Origin: Thermodesulfobacteriota bacterium
GTDB lineage: Bacteria; Desulfobacterota_D; UBA1144; Nemesobacterales; JAJCZQ01
NCBI GenBank assembly: GCA_965203965.1
Contig: CBDBDR010000017.1
Location: 96,001-160,000 of the forward strand
DNA: 64,000 bases
Direction: 5' to 3'
A program made the position numbers and the translations under genes. Shown here piece by piece: positions 27,940 to 37,593 of the stretch. The notes beneath the pieces are model-generated. The model ran no database searches and was not told the origin of the DNA. It worked only from the letters and a program-made list of their open reading frames with translations. Numbering within the stretch: position 1 is the stretch's first letter; each line of letters opens with the position of its first letter.

Positions 27940-28699
27940 ATTTTGTAGAAATAAATTTTCTTATTGTCTCGTTATTTGTATCTTGCAAATTATCAGCTGT
28001 GCCTGCATCAATGATTTTACCATTACTAATGATGGATATCCTGTCGGCAATATGAGCTGCCAGATCAACGTCGTGAGTGACTACTATCTGTGTGGTATTG
28101 ACGGTTTTCTTTAAGGTTATTATAAGCTCGCCGATAGTTTTTTTCATCATGGGATCAAGTCCAGCCGTAGGCTCGTCAAATAATATAAGGTCAGGACTCA
28201 TTGCAAGTGCCCTTGCAATTGCAACTCTTCTTTGCATGCCGCCGCTGATTTCAGAAGGGTAGAGGTTGCCGTTTCCCTCCAATTCCACAAGCTCCAGTGC
28301 GGCAGTAACCAGAGTTGTATAAGTTTTGTTGTCCACGACCCTGTGTTCCTTCAGATATATACCGACGTTATCATTTACCGTCATGGAATTGAACAAAGCT
28401 GAAGATTGGAATACAAATCCAATCTTGTATTCTTTCATATCCATATAAGAATTGATTTGTTTGTTATTTAAATACACTTTTCCACCGTCATATTTTTCCA
28501 GTCCCGCTACACATCGCAGTAGTAATGACTTACCCGAACCACTTTTTCCCAAAATCACGTGAGTCTCGGATGGGTTGACTTCAATATCTATTCCCTTCAG
28601 CACTTCTTTACCGGGAAAACTTTTGTAAAGTCTTTTTACTTTTAAGGAGAGCGGATTGCTGCTTAGGTAGCTCAAAAGTGCGTTGCTGTTGTTTTTCAT
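27908..28699 (-). CDS. mlaF: MlaF-type ABC ATPase
   Basis: GKSGSGKS, FQSSALFNSMTV, ISGGMQRRVAIARA, DEPTAGLDP; lies between mlaE and mlaD. Confidence 0.92.
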   Translation of the reverse strand: MKNNSNALLSYLSSNPLSLKVKRLYKSFPGKEVLKGIDIEVNPSETHVILGKSGSGKSLLLRCVAGLEKYDGGKVYLNNKQINSYMDMKEYKIGFVFQSSALFNSMTVNDNVGIYLKEHRVVDNKTYTTLVTAALELVELEGNGNLYPSEISGGMQRRVAIARALAMSPDLILFDEPTAGLDPMMKKTIGELIITLKKTVNTTQIVVTHDVDLAAHIADRISIISNGKIIDAGTADNLQDTNNETIRKFISTKFDYNGGQYEK

Positions 28700-28720
28700 T
28701 GCTTTAAACGGTTTAATGGC

Positions 28721-29494
28721 TTAATCTAGATTCATAAACTGCAGTATTCTCGTTATAAAATAATCGGAGACAAGAACAAGCACAAATGACAGAACAACTG
28801 CTTTTGTAACGGATATTCCTATGCCCTTGGGTCCGCCTTTTGTTCCAAATCCGACTTGACAGGAGACAATGGAGATGATAATTCCGAAAAAGAAAGCCTT
28901 TATGAGACCATTGAAAACAGCTTTTACGGTTACAATATCGGCAAGGTTTCTGAAATAGACTTGCATTGACAGATTTATTTCAGGGTTGACCGTAGCAACC
29001 ACTGCACCACCGAACCAGCCTACAACATCCATAAATACAACTAGTACGGGCAGAGACAGGATTGTCGCGAGAAATCTGGGCATTACAAGAAATCGAACAG
29101 GGTCAATATTCATTGTTTTTAACGCATCAATTTCATTATAAACACTCATTGAACCGATTTCTGCTGCCATTGCGGACCCCATTCTCCCTGCCACAAGTAT
29201 TGACGCCATTACCGGACCTATTTCTTTGACCATTGACAGTCCAACTATGCTTCCAAGATTTTCTTCCAGACCGAAACTTGCAAGAGTGGGACCTGTTTGA
29301 AGCGAGAGCACGGCGCCGCTAGAAAGTGCTATCAATGTAGCAACTGGCAGAGTTTTGTTGCCGATCTCAGTTATTTGATAGAGTATCTTGTCAAAATTCC
29401 AGTGAACGTCCTTGCACCAATAGATGCTTTGAAAAAGGAGCTTTAAAATTCCACCTGTTGTTATGAAAAGTGTCGATATTATACTCATGCCCAT
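28721..29494 (-). CDS. mlaE: MlaE-type ABC permease
   Basis: KEIGPVMASILVAGRMGSAMAAEIGSM..EIDALKTM..DP..FLVMPR, GIGISVTKAVV. Confidence 0.95.
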   Translation of the reverse strand: MGMSIISTLFITTGGILKLLFQSIYWCKDVHWNFDKILYQITEIGNKTLPVATLIALSSGAVLSLQTGPTLASFGLEENLGSIVGLSMVKEIGPVMASILVAGRMGSAMAAEIGSMSVYNEIDALKTMNIDPVRFLVMPRFLATILSLPVLVVFMDVVGWFGGAVVATVNPEINLSMQVYFRNLADIVTVKAVFNGLIKAFFFGIIISIVSCQVGFGTKGGPKGIGISVTKAVVLSFVLVLVSDYFITRILQFMNLD

Positions 29495-30957
29495 TACATT
29501 TTTATGTAGAGAAGTTTCAAATTGTTTTTTTCATTTTTTGACTCATAGCCAATAAGTCCTCCAAGTATATTCCATGATTTACCGGAACTACTGCGGGAAT
29601 AGTTAAACAGTGTTACTATGGGTCTTATGTCAAGAGTAAACTCACTGCTGTTGCTGTAGAAGGTTACCAGATTCCACAGAAATGAAGTTCGTGTCAGGTT
29701 ATCTGCTGTTTTTTCCCATACAAATATCCTCCACAGCGAAGCAAAATTCCTGTAAAGCCTTTCATTGTTGTTTATGAAAGGTTCAAAAACGGTGAATATA
29801 TGAAAGCGACTATAGCCCGTGTCGTCTTTTCTGAAACTGAATATGGGCCACAGATCAATTCTTATTCTGGGTTTGACTGTGTCTGTCAAAGGTTCTTCTC
29901 TCGTGTCTTTGTATAAAAAAAGAAAAAGCGATTTTTTGTGTCTTCTGTAGTTTGCAAGAGATATTTTTTTATACTTGTATAAAGGCAACAGTATATAACC
30001 ATCTTCATCATTTTCATTACGTTCTGCCTTGGAATAGAAAGGGAATATTTTTGTCTGATTGGTAGTTTCTCCTCTGGTAAAATTGATGAAGGGCCATGGA
30101 GTGTCCCATCTTTCGTCACCTTTTTTATGGTTTACAGTGTGCTGCACGAAGGGCCAGAGGTAACCCCTGTTTGAAACACCGTGGGAGCGTATCTCAGAAT
30201 ACAGTGGAAATATTGACTTGAAGTATGACGTCTCGCCGTAAAAGTCCTTTTCCTTTTTAATGTAAATGGGCCAGAATAAAAACTCCTCACGTCTTTTTTT
30301 TTTCTTGTTTACCCTTTTACTGATGATGGGGAATAATCTGCTACCCTCAAGTTCTCCGTCATAATTACTTACAATGGGCCACATTATGCTTCTTGTGATC
30401 TCACCACCTGATATGGTTTTCATATAAAGTGGAAAAAGGAGAAATTTAATATTTTCTTTGGCAAATTTATTTTTTAAGCCTCCGTAAAATGGGAAAAATG
30501 CAAAATAGTTATTGTTCTTATCCTCTTCGTTATTGTAAAAAATGAAGGGGAAAAGATTGAATTCCTTGTTTTTGTAGCCAGACGGTGTTATTTCCGTGTT
30601 GTATGTTAAAAGAAAAAGTTGGTATTGAAACCATGAAAAATTACCTTTCTTTTTGTATGAAGCCAGTGGGTACAAAAACTCATACTCTTCAATGTTCTCT
30701 CTCTCTTTTAATATTCTGTGATAAAAGGGGTTAAAGCCAAATTCGGAATATCCGCCGTTTTTTCTGTAGGTTATAAATGGTCCCAGTGCCATGAATTCCC
30801 TTTCATACTTGGAATTTTTCACAGGATGATAAAGAGGTCCAAGATTTACCCCAAAACTCACAGTAGTAGGAAGCGAGATAGTTAAAAGCAGCAGGTAAAG
30901 TGTGATTCTGGTTTTATCAATCGTCATAATAAACTTTTCTAACCCTTTTTCCAACAA
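29494..30957 (-). CDS. Secreted aromatic-rich repeat protein of unknown function (start probably ATG 30927)
   Basis: Signal-like MTIDKTRITLYLLLLTISLPTTVSFG and many short (L/F/W)-(F/W/Y)-P-(F/L/I) repeats. Its stop overlaps the mlaE ATG. Confidence 0.75.
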   Translation of the reverse strand: MLEKGLEKFIMTIDKTRITLYLLLLTISLPTTVSFGVNLGPLYHPVKNSKYEREFMALGPFITYRKNGGYSEFGFNPFYHRILKERENIEEYEFLYPLASYKKKGNFSWFQYQLFLLTYNTEITPSGYKNKEFNLFPFIFYNNEEDKNNNYFAFFPFYGGLKNKFAKENIKFLLFPLYMKTISGGEITRSIMWPIVSNYDGELEGSRLFPIISKRVNKKKKRREEFLFWPIYIKKEKDFYGETSYFKSIFPLYSEIRSHGVSNRGYLWPFVQHTVNHKKGDERWDTPWPFINFTRGETTNQTKIFPFYSKAERNENDEDGYILLPLYKYKKISLANYRRHKKSLFLFLYKDTREEPLTDTVKPRIRIDLWPIFSFRKDDTGYSRFHIFTVFEPFINNNERLYRNFASLWRIFVWEKTADNLTRTSFLWNLVTFYSNSSEFTLDIRPIVTLFNYSRSSSGKSWNILGGLIGYESKNEKNNLKLLYIKM

Positions 30958-32011
30958 GCGTCATAATTTCATAGGGGATAGTTTCTGCCCAATTAGATAT
31001 ATCGTTTATTGTAATCAGTTTGTCACCGAACAGAGTAACTTCATCACCGGTTCTTATGTCTTTGTAATCAGTTACGTCGATCATAATAAAATCCATACAT
31101 ATTGTGCCTACTACCTTTGCTTTTTCCCCCTTGACGGATACGAACGCTTTATCCGAAAGTCTCCTGATATAACCATCGGCGTAACCAATTGGAACCGTTG
31201 CTATCAGCGACCTTCTATCGGTAACGTAATGACCGCCGTAGCTTATTGGGGAACCTTTTTCGTGCCATTTTAACTGTATGATCCTACTTTTTAGTTTCAT
31301 AACGGGGTACAGACTGTTACCGTTTTGTTCTCCTGCACCATAAAGCATAATTCCGGGCCTTACTAAATTACCGTGAGAGCGGGGATAATTTTGAATTGCA
31401 GCGCTGTTGGCCAAGTGAAAATAGAGGGGATTTACGTTAAGAGACTTAAAAAGTTTCAATGATCTGTAAAATATAGATATTTGATTATATGTAAAATCGC
31501 TTGATGTATTGTCTGCCGATGCAAGATGTGTAAACACCCCTTTTAGGTTGAGGCATTTGTTCTTTTTGTATTCATTTGCAAAACTTTCAATATCTCTGCT
31601 TTTTATACCAAGTCGTCCCATACCCGTGTCTATTTTTAAGTGAAAATCAAGCTTTTTATTAATTTTTTTTGTTTCTCTTGATAGAGTTTTCAGTATTTCT
31701 ATATCATAAACGGTGGGAGTTAAACCGTTTTTTATAATGCAGGGAATTTCGTCTTTCTGTATTCCACCCAGTACAATGATGGGGAGTTTAATGCCGGATT
31801 CTCGTAGTTCAAGACCTTCCTCAAGAGTGGTAACTGCTAGTGAGTCAATACCGGATTCTACCAGTTTTTTGCTTACACTTATGGCACCGTGACCATAGGC
31901 ATTGGCTTTTACAACCGCCATTATGGACACCGGGTATTCTACTAGAGATTTTACTTTCTCTAAATTTTTTTTAACGGATCTTAAATTGATTTCTGCCCAA
32001 GTTGGTCTCAT
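30917..32011 (-). CDS. alr: Alanine racemase
   Basis: RPTWAEINL, AVVKANAYGHG, HLKIDTGMGRLG, VRPGIMLYG, PIGYADG, GTICMD, TIPYE. Start placed at ATG 32011. Confidence 0.97.
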   Translation of the reverse strand: MRPTWAEINLRSVKKNLEKVKSLVEYPVSIMAVVKANAYGHGAISVSKKLVESGIDSLAVTTLEEGLELRESGIKLPIIVLGGIQKDEIPCIIKNGLTPTVYDIEILKTLSRETKKINKKLDFHLKIDTGMGRLGIKSRDIESFANEYKKNKCLNLKGVFTHLASADNTSSDFTYNQISIFYRSLKLFKSLNVNPLYFHLANSAAIQNYPRSHGNLVRPGIMLYGAGEQNGNSLYPVMKLKSRIIQLKWHEKGSPISYGGHYVTDRRSLIATVPIGYADGYIRRLSDKAFVSVKGEKAKVVGTICMDFIMIDVTDYKDIRTGDEVTLFGDKLITINDISNWAETIPYEIMTLVGKRVRKVYYDD

Positions 32012-32143
32012 CGTAGTTTGCAAATGAACAGCAGTAAGATTTAATATGTTGAATTTGGTCAAAGTCGTCTATAACAAAACATTTAGAATTAAACCTTAAC
32101 TGTGTTATATTGAAAGATATAATTTCCCGCAATCTCTCTTGTA

Positions 32144-33322
32144 ATGAAATTAAACTCTCAAGAAAAAAAATCTGCTTTAATACTTGCTTTGATATTTTCT
32201 ACAAGGCTGTTTGGTGTATTTTTAGTAGATCCTGTTTTCAGCGTTTTAGTCACGGAAGAAAACTATCCTGGAGCCGCCAATTTATCGCTTGTCGGTGTCG
32301 CTTATGGTATTTACCCATTGATACAGAGTCTCTTTCAACTCCCGTTTGGATGGTTAAGTGATAAGTATGGAAGAAAAAAAATGTTGATTTTGGGGCTTGC
32401 TCTTTTTTCATTAGGGAGCTTTGTATGTACAATGGCAGATAACATTTATGAACTTATTGTAGCAAGAGCTATACAAGGCAGCGGTGCCACGGGGGCGGTT
32501 GGAATTGCTGCCCTTGGAGATCTTACCAGATCGGAGACCAGAGCACAGGCATTTGCTATACCCGGTATATTTATAGGTGTGGCGTTCATTGCGTCCTTTA
32601 TACTTGGACCCTATCTTACCTATAAAATTGGCTTTGTTTCAGTTTTTTATATTCTTGCCGTACTGGGATTATTCAGCATCTTAATAACTTTGCTTTTTTT
32701 CCCCAATATCAAAAAAACTGCCAAGAGTTTTGAAAGTAAAGGTAGTATTCTGAACGCCATCAGGAAGAGCAATATTAAATCTTTGATGCTTAGTGGGTTC
32801 ATATTGGCTTTCTGCCTGTCTGTTTTCTTGTTTATCTACCCACTTAGTTGGAAGAACCTGGGGGTGTCTGTTTCCGAAAACTGGTTCGTTTATATGATAG
32901 CCATACTACCAGGTGCTTTTTTTGCATTCCCGTATATGAGGTATTCTGAAAGGAGAGGAAATCTGCAAAGTGCCGTCAGGCTGGGATTCATCCTTTTGCT
33001 CTTGTCTTTTACAGCATACTTAATAGGTGGTGTTTTTAGTATAGTTTTGAATTTTACGGGAATTTTCTTTTTTGCAGGTTGTATCATGTATCAGTCACTT
33101 CTTCCAGCTTTTCTAACGCAAAGGGTAGCTTCAAACAACAGGGGTTTGTTATCAGGAGTTTACAGTTTAGCAGGCTTCTTTGGTGGTGCATCGGGAGGTA
33201 TGTTGTCCGGGTTTTTATACAGTGTAAATCCACTTTATCCGTTAATTATGTGTTTGACCGTTTTGATGGTGTGGTTTATTCTCGGACTTCCAAAGCAACC
33301 TGAACAAAGTCAAATCAGTTAA
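32144..33322 (+). CDS. MFS transporter (YajR-like)
   Basis: About 12 TM segments, motif A FGWLSDKYGRK, ARAIQGSGA. Confidence 0.9.
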   Translation: MKLNSQEKKSALILALIFSTRLFGVFLVDPVFSVLVTEENYPGAANLSLVGVAYGIYPLIQSLFQLPFGWLSDKYGRKKMLILGLALFSLGSFVCTMADNIYELIVARAIQGSGATGAVGIAALGDLTRSETRAQAFAIPGIFIGVAFIASFILGPYLTYKIGFVSVFYILAVLGLFSILITLLFFPNIKKTAKSFESKGSILNAIRKSNIKSLMLSGFILAFCLSVFLFIYPLSWKNLGVSVSENWFVYMIAILPGAFFAFPYMRYSERRGNLQSAVRLGFILLLLSFTAYLIGGVFSIVLNFTGIFFFAGCIMYQSLLPAFLTQRVASNNRGLLSGVYSLAGFFGGASGGMLSGFLYSVNPLYPLIMCLTVLMVWFILGLPKQPEQSQIS

Positions 33323-33390
33323 TGATGCTAAGTGCCCACCAAGATTGACTTTCATGTCCTTTCTCATAACATTAGAGGCAACTGAGAAAG

Positions 33391-33858
33391 ATGAGTGTAT
33401 ACAGTTTTCAAAAAACCCAGCATTTACCCATTACCGTGAATAAGTCTTGGGATTTTTTTTCAAACCCCAATAACTTGAAAAAGATAACCCCTCCGAGTCT
33501 CGGACTTGAAATAAAATCGGAAATTTCCGATGAAATATACGAGGGAATGATAATAAATTATGACGTAAGCCTCACACCGTTTTATAAAACGACTTGGACG
33601 ACCGAAATAACAAATGTGAGTAAACCTCACCGGTTTGTTGATGAGCAGAGAATTGGTCCTTATAGGTTCTGGCATCATCAGCATTTTTTCAAAGAAATTG
33701 ATGATGGTGTTTTAATTGAGGATCTGGTTCATTACTCAATACCTTACGGATACATCGGGAGATTACTTAATCATTTTTATATAGCTGGAAACTTGGACCA
33801 TATTTTCGGATACAGGTTCGACGTGTTAAATAAAATATTTCCGAAGAAAGGCTCATAA
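33391..33858 (+). CDS. SRPBCC-family protein
   Basis: WDFFSNPNNLKKITPP, FVDEQRIGPYRFWHHQH, IFGYR. Confidence 0.9.
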   Translation: MSVYSFQKTQHLPITVNKSWDFFSNPNNLKKITPPSLGLEIKSEISDEIYEGMIINYDVSLTPFYKTTWTTEITNVSKPHRFVDEQRIGPYRFWHHQHFFKEIDDGVLIEDLVHYSIPYGYIGRLLNHFYIAGNLDHIFGYRFDVLNKIFPKKGS

Positions 33859-33860
33859 AG

Positions 33861-35123
33861 ATGAACATGGAAAAGATTGAGAAATACCTTAGGGATTTAA
33901 TTGTTGAGTTTGCCGAGAGGCCAGAGATACAAATTCAGATGTCCGAGGCTTTTCATATATGGAAGAACGATATGTATTCAGTACCTACTTATTTCACCGA
34001 AGATGATATTGACGACAAAACATTCTCAAAGTTTATGGATTGGTTTGTTTTTGATTTTAGGATTTTCAAAAGTGGTAAAAGAATGATTGAGGAACTCTAT
34101 AAAGAAAAATCAGAGGATCTAAAGGAAGACGAAAAGGCTGTTCTGAAAAATTGGAACCAAAGCTGTCAGAGCTACTTTGATGTGATTAAAGTAACCCCCA
34201 GTGAGTTTTGTGTGATAAGAGATATTTTTACCAATGAGGAGATTTTGATCCATGATAGAGCTGCTTCATCAAAAATAAAGGTTTTTGATATTATTTCCTC
34301 CAGACTTTTGAAAGTGGGAGAGCAATATTTCTTTTCCGGCATTATCTCTGTTTATCCCTCTATTCTCAAGGATGTAATTCTTGACTGTTTCCACAAAGAG
34401 TTCGACTCTTACGGGGCAGATAAAAAGAGCGAAATTTCAGTCAGAAACTTTCTAAAAGATCGTGCATTTTTAATAGAGAGTTACATTGAAGACGTAGTAA
34501 GTCATCCACAATTAATTTCAGTGGATGGAAAAGAAATTATTGTAGCTTCTGCGGTATACGGAGTTAAATCAAAAGAGCCAATACTAAGCATATTAAACCA
34601 AAATGCCACACCAATATACAACAATAGCTCGTTGAATAAAACCTGCTTCTACTACCTAAAGGATGTGGAAGGAGTAAATGTTGATGCTAATATTGAAGTT
34701 GGAAATAATCTGACCGTAACCTGCCACACTAGAAGCAGGTTAAAGGTAGTCAGAGAGTTTATTGAAAGGATTTCAGGAGAATTTATAAGTCATAAAAATG
34801 ACACTTTCAAAAAACTTAATTTGTATATTGAAAACTCAAGAAGAGATACTTACAAATTACCTAAAGGTTTCAGAAGCAGAAAGAAATTTGAAAACTCTCT
34901 GGATGATTTTTACAAAAATTGGATAGAGCAACCACTGGGTGCACTTAATGGATTAACGCCAAGTCAGGCTTTTAAATCAAATGAAAGCAGGGGCATGCTT
35001 GAGAGTGTTCTCTATGAACTTGAGAAACTCTACGACGGTGCAAGGAAAGCGGGGGAACCTTATTATGAAGTCTCAAAACTGAGAGAATTATTACAAATTG
35101 ATTTTGAAAAGAGTTTGGAATAA
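33861..35123 (+). CDS. Conserved hypothetical protein (FMDWFVFD motif; C-terminal W..PL.AL.G.TP motif)
   Basis: Long ORF directly downstream of the SRPBCC gene. Motifs resemble SEC-C-associated hypothetical families, but no SEC-C cysteine motif is seen. Confidence 0.7.
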   Translation: MNMEKIEKYLRDLIVEFAERPEIQIQMSEAFHIWKNDMYSVPTYFTEDDIDDKTFSKFMDWFVFDFRIFKSGKRMIEELYKEKSEDLKEDEKAVLKNWNQSCQSYFDVIKVTPSEFCVIRDIFTNEEILIHDRAASSKIKVFDIISSRLLKVGEQYFFSGIISVYPSILKDVILDCFHKEFDSYGADKKSEISVRNFLKDRAFLIESYIEDVVSHPQLISVDGKEIIVASAVYGVKSKEPILSILNQNATPIYNNSSLNKTCFYYLKDVEGVNVDANIEVGNNLTVTCHTRSRLKVVREFIERISGEFISHKNDTFKKLNLYIENSRRDTYKLPKGFRSRKKFENSLDDFYKNWIEQPLGALNGLTPSQAFKSNESRGMLESVLYELEKLYDGARKAGEPYYEVSKLRELLQIDFEKSLE

Positions 35124-35199
35124 AAATCAATAAGCCGATTTTACAAACTGGACGGGTATTTGATTCCATTTTCAGATTAATCTGGCAAATTGACTTAAT

Positions 35200-35631
35200 A
35201 TGCGGATAGGTATAGTTGACGAAGACAATTTAATTGGCGAGAGAAACATCATCAGGTTAAAAAGGGGTGTTGAGGATATACTAAAATCCCTCGGTTTTTC
35301 AGATAAAACTGAAATATGTATATCGTTTGTTGATGATGAAGCTATGAGAGTACTAAACAAGGAATACAGAGGTATTGACAGAACAACAGATGTCCTGTCC
35401 TTTTGCCAGGCTGATGATTTACTCGGAGATGTTGTTATTTCTTTTGAAACGGCAAAAAAGCATACCGAGATGTATAAAACCACTCTTAAAGAGGAAATTG
35501 AAAGATTATTGATACATGGAGTGCTTCATCTTTGCGGTTATGATCATAAGAAGGAAAATGAAAGAAACCTTATGAGACAAAAGGAACAAGAACTGTCCGC
35601 CAAACTGGGGAAGTTATCTCTGAAATCATAA
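35200..35631 (+). CDS. ybeY: rRNA maturation endoribonuclease YbeY
   Basis: LNKEYRGIDRTTDVLSF, LGDVVIS, HGVLHLCGYDH. Confidence 0.96.
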   Translation: MRIGIVDEDNLIGERNIIRLKRGVEDILKSLGFSDKTEICISFVDDEAMRVLNKEYRGIDRTTDVLSFCQADDLLGDVVISFETAKKHTEMYKTTLKEEIERLLIHGVLHLCGYDHKKENERNLMRQKEQELSAKLGKLSLKS

Positions 35632-36168
35632 ATCGTTTTCAATCTCCTCAATCTCTTTTAAAGTGGGAAGTTCACTTAAATTTTTTAGGTTGAAAGTAGA
35701 GAGAAATCCATCAGTTGTTCCATAGAAGAATGGTTTGCCCGGAGCATCTTTTCTTCCCCTGATCTCTATCAGACCCTTGTCAAGAAGGAGGTTAATTACA
35801 CTTGAACAACTAACGCCTCTTACCTGTTCAACTTCCACCCTCGTAACAGGTTGTTTGTAGGCAACAATTGCCAGTGTTTCAAGTGATGCCTTGCCCAGTC
35901 GGGATTTTTTGATTTCTTTGTTGAAGTTTATTATATCTTCTGCAAATTCGGCTTTTGATCTAAACTGGTATCCGTTTGATATTTCTAAAAGCTCAAAACC
36001 CCTGTCAGAGGTTTCAAAATTTGAGGCAATTTCTTCCAATGCTTTTATAAGTTCTTTTGCCTCATAGTTTTTAAAATAGTGCTTCAGTTCTTTTACGGTT
36101 ACCGGCACGGATGAAACAAATATTATTGCCTCTATAAGTTGTTTTAGATTATCGTTTTGCAATTTCAT
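35626..36168 (-). CDS. scpB: SMC-Scp subunit ScpB
   Basis: IEAIIF, GYQFR, LETLAIVAYKQPVTR, YGTT..FL..FNL. Start placed at ATG 36168. Confidence 0.94.
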   Translation of the reverse strand: MKLQNDNLKQLIEAIIFVSSVPVTVKELKHYFKNYEAKELIKALEEIASNFETSDRGFELLEISNGYQFRSKAEFAEDIINFNKEIKKSRLGKASLETLAIVAYKQPVTRVEVEQVRGVSCSSVINLLLDKGLIEIRGRKDAPGKPFFYGTTDGFLSTFNLKNLSELPTLKEIEEIENDL

Positions 36169-36901
36169 TTCCCAAATAAACAAGTTCCACTTCACTATTG
36201 CAGTCTTCCTGAACAATACACAGCGTGTTGTTCTTGACCATTTCCAAGACAGCCAGAAAAGTTATTACAAACTCTGATTTGGATATTAAATTTGAAAATA
36301 GGTTTTTAAACCTAATTTGACCTCTGAATTTTATAAAGTTTAATAATTCATTTGCTTTTTGTTCTATTGAATACATTTCCAAGTTATAAACTATTTCTTC
36401 TTCGGTTGAGTCAAAGTTTTTCCTCTTACATACTTCCCTGAATGCTGTCATTAAAGACCATAGATCTGTTTTAGCAATCTCTGTTTCTTCTGCTATTTCT
36501 CCAAATTCTTCAGCGTAGCTCAATCCTCTTACAAATACTTCTTTGCCGAGAATATTTTTTTTCTCCAACTCTTCTGTTGCTTCTTTATACTTTTCATATT
36601 CCAGTAGCCTTCTTACAAGTTCCGAATGTGGATCTTCTTCCTCTTCTTCAGATGGAGGATTGGGCAGCAGCATGCGAGATTTAATCAAGCTCAGTTGTGC
36701 CGCAAGAGCCATGTAGCTGCCAACGACTGATAGGTCGTATTTTTTTAGAACCTCCAGATATTCAAAGTATTGCCGGGTGATCTTCGCAATTGGAATTTCA
36801 TAAATATCAACTTCATTTTTTTTGATAAGTTGAAGAAGGAGATCAAGTGGTCCCTCATATACTTGTAATTTAACAAGGTAAGGAAGTTGTAGTTGTTCCA
36901 C
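36149..36901 (-). CDS. scpA: Segregation/condensation protein ScpA
   Basis: YEGPLDLLLQLI, IKSRMLLP, LVRRLLEY, TFLAVLEM. Confidence 0.95.
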   Translation of the reverse strand: MEQLQLPYLVKLQVYEGPLDLLLQLIKKNEVDIYEIPIAKITRQYFEYLEVLKKYDLSVVGSYMALAAQLSLIKSRMLLPNPPSEEEEEDPHSELVRRLLEYEKYKEATEELEKKNILGKEVFVRGLSYAEEFGEIAEETEIAKTDLWSLMTAFREVCKRKNFDSTEEEIVYNLEMYSIEQKANELLNFIKFRGQIRFKNLFSNLISKSEFVITFLAVLEMVKNNTLCIVQEDCNSEVELVYLGNEIAKR

Positions 36902-36917
36902 GTCCGAAGATTGATCC

Positions 36918-37592
36918 TTATGTGTTTAAAATTACCTGTATTATTATACGGGTCTCGTCATTGCTGAATTCAAAAAAATGTATAAATATAAAAAACGGAT
37001 AAGTTATAATGAAAGAAAAGAATTTTCCTCCAAGCATTATCAGGGCTAATAGTATGAGTATTCCATACGTTTCAATCTTCATGATGTACCGACCCATCTC
37101 ATCGGGTAGCAAACCATAGAGCACTCTAGATCCATCAAGTGGGGGAAAGGGAAGCATATTAAATACTGCAAGCACTACGCTAATGAAGATCAACCATACA
37201 AGTATTTGAGTGATCGGTTCGATTACCGGAAATATACTGTCCATTGAGGTATTAAATATGATTAGCTTTAAGAAGATTGCCGCGACGACGGCAGTGATGA
37301 GGTTGGAGATTGGCCCGGCAATTGCCACGTAAAGCATGTCTTTTTTAGGATTTTTGAAATTTGATGGATTAACCGGTACGGGTTTTGCCCATCCAAAGTG
37401 CACCAGCACCAGCAATATCGTTCCGATAATATCCAGATGTTTTAATGGATTGAGCGTGAGTCTGCCAAGTCTTTTTGCCGTGTCATCGCCGAGCTTATTG
37501 GCGACGTAGGCATGGGCGTACTCGTGTATCGTCAGAGAGAAAAGTATTACTGGTATAAGAATGAGCAAAAATTTATAGTCCAGATTTAGCAT
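36918..37592 (-). CDS. Site-2 protease (M50) family membrane metalloprotease
   Basis: HEYAH, GRLTLNP, FGWAKPVP, AGPISN, FNMLPFPPLDG. Confidence 0.94.
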   Translation of the reverse strand: MLNLDYKFLLILIPVILFSLTIHEYAHAYVANKLGDDTAKRLGRLTLNPLKHLDIIGTILLVLVHFGWAKPVPVNPSNFKNPKKDMLYVAIAGPISNLITAVVAAIFLKLIIFNTSMDSIFPVIEPITQILVWLIFISVVLAVFNMLPFPPLDGSRVLYGLLPDEMGRYIMKIETYGILILLALIMLGGKFFSFIITYPFFIFIHFFEFSNDETRIIIQVILNT

Positions 37593-37593
37593 T

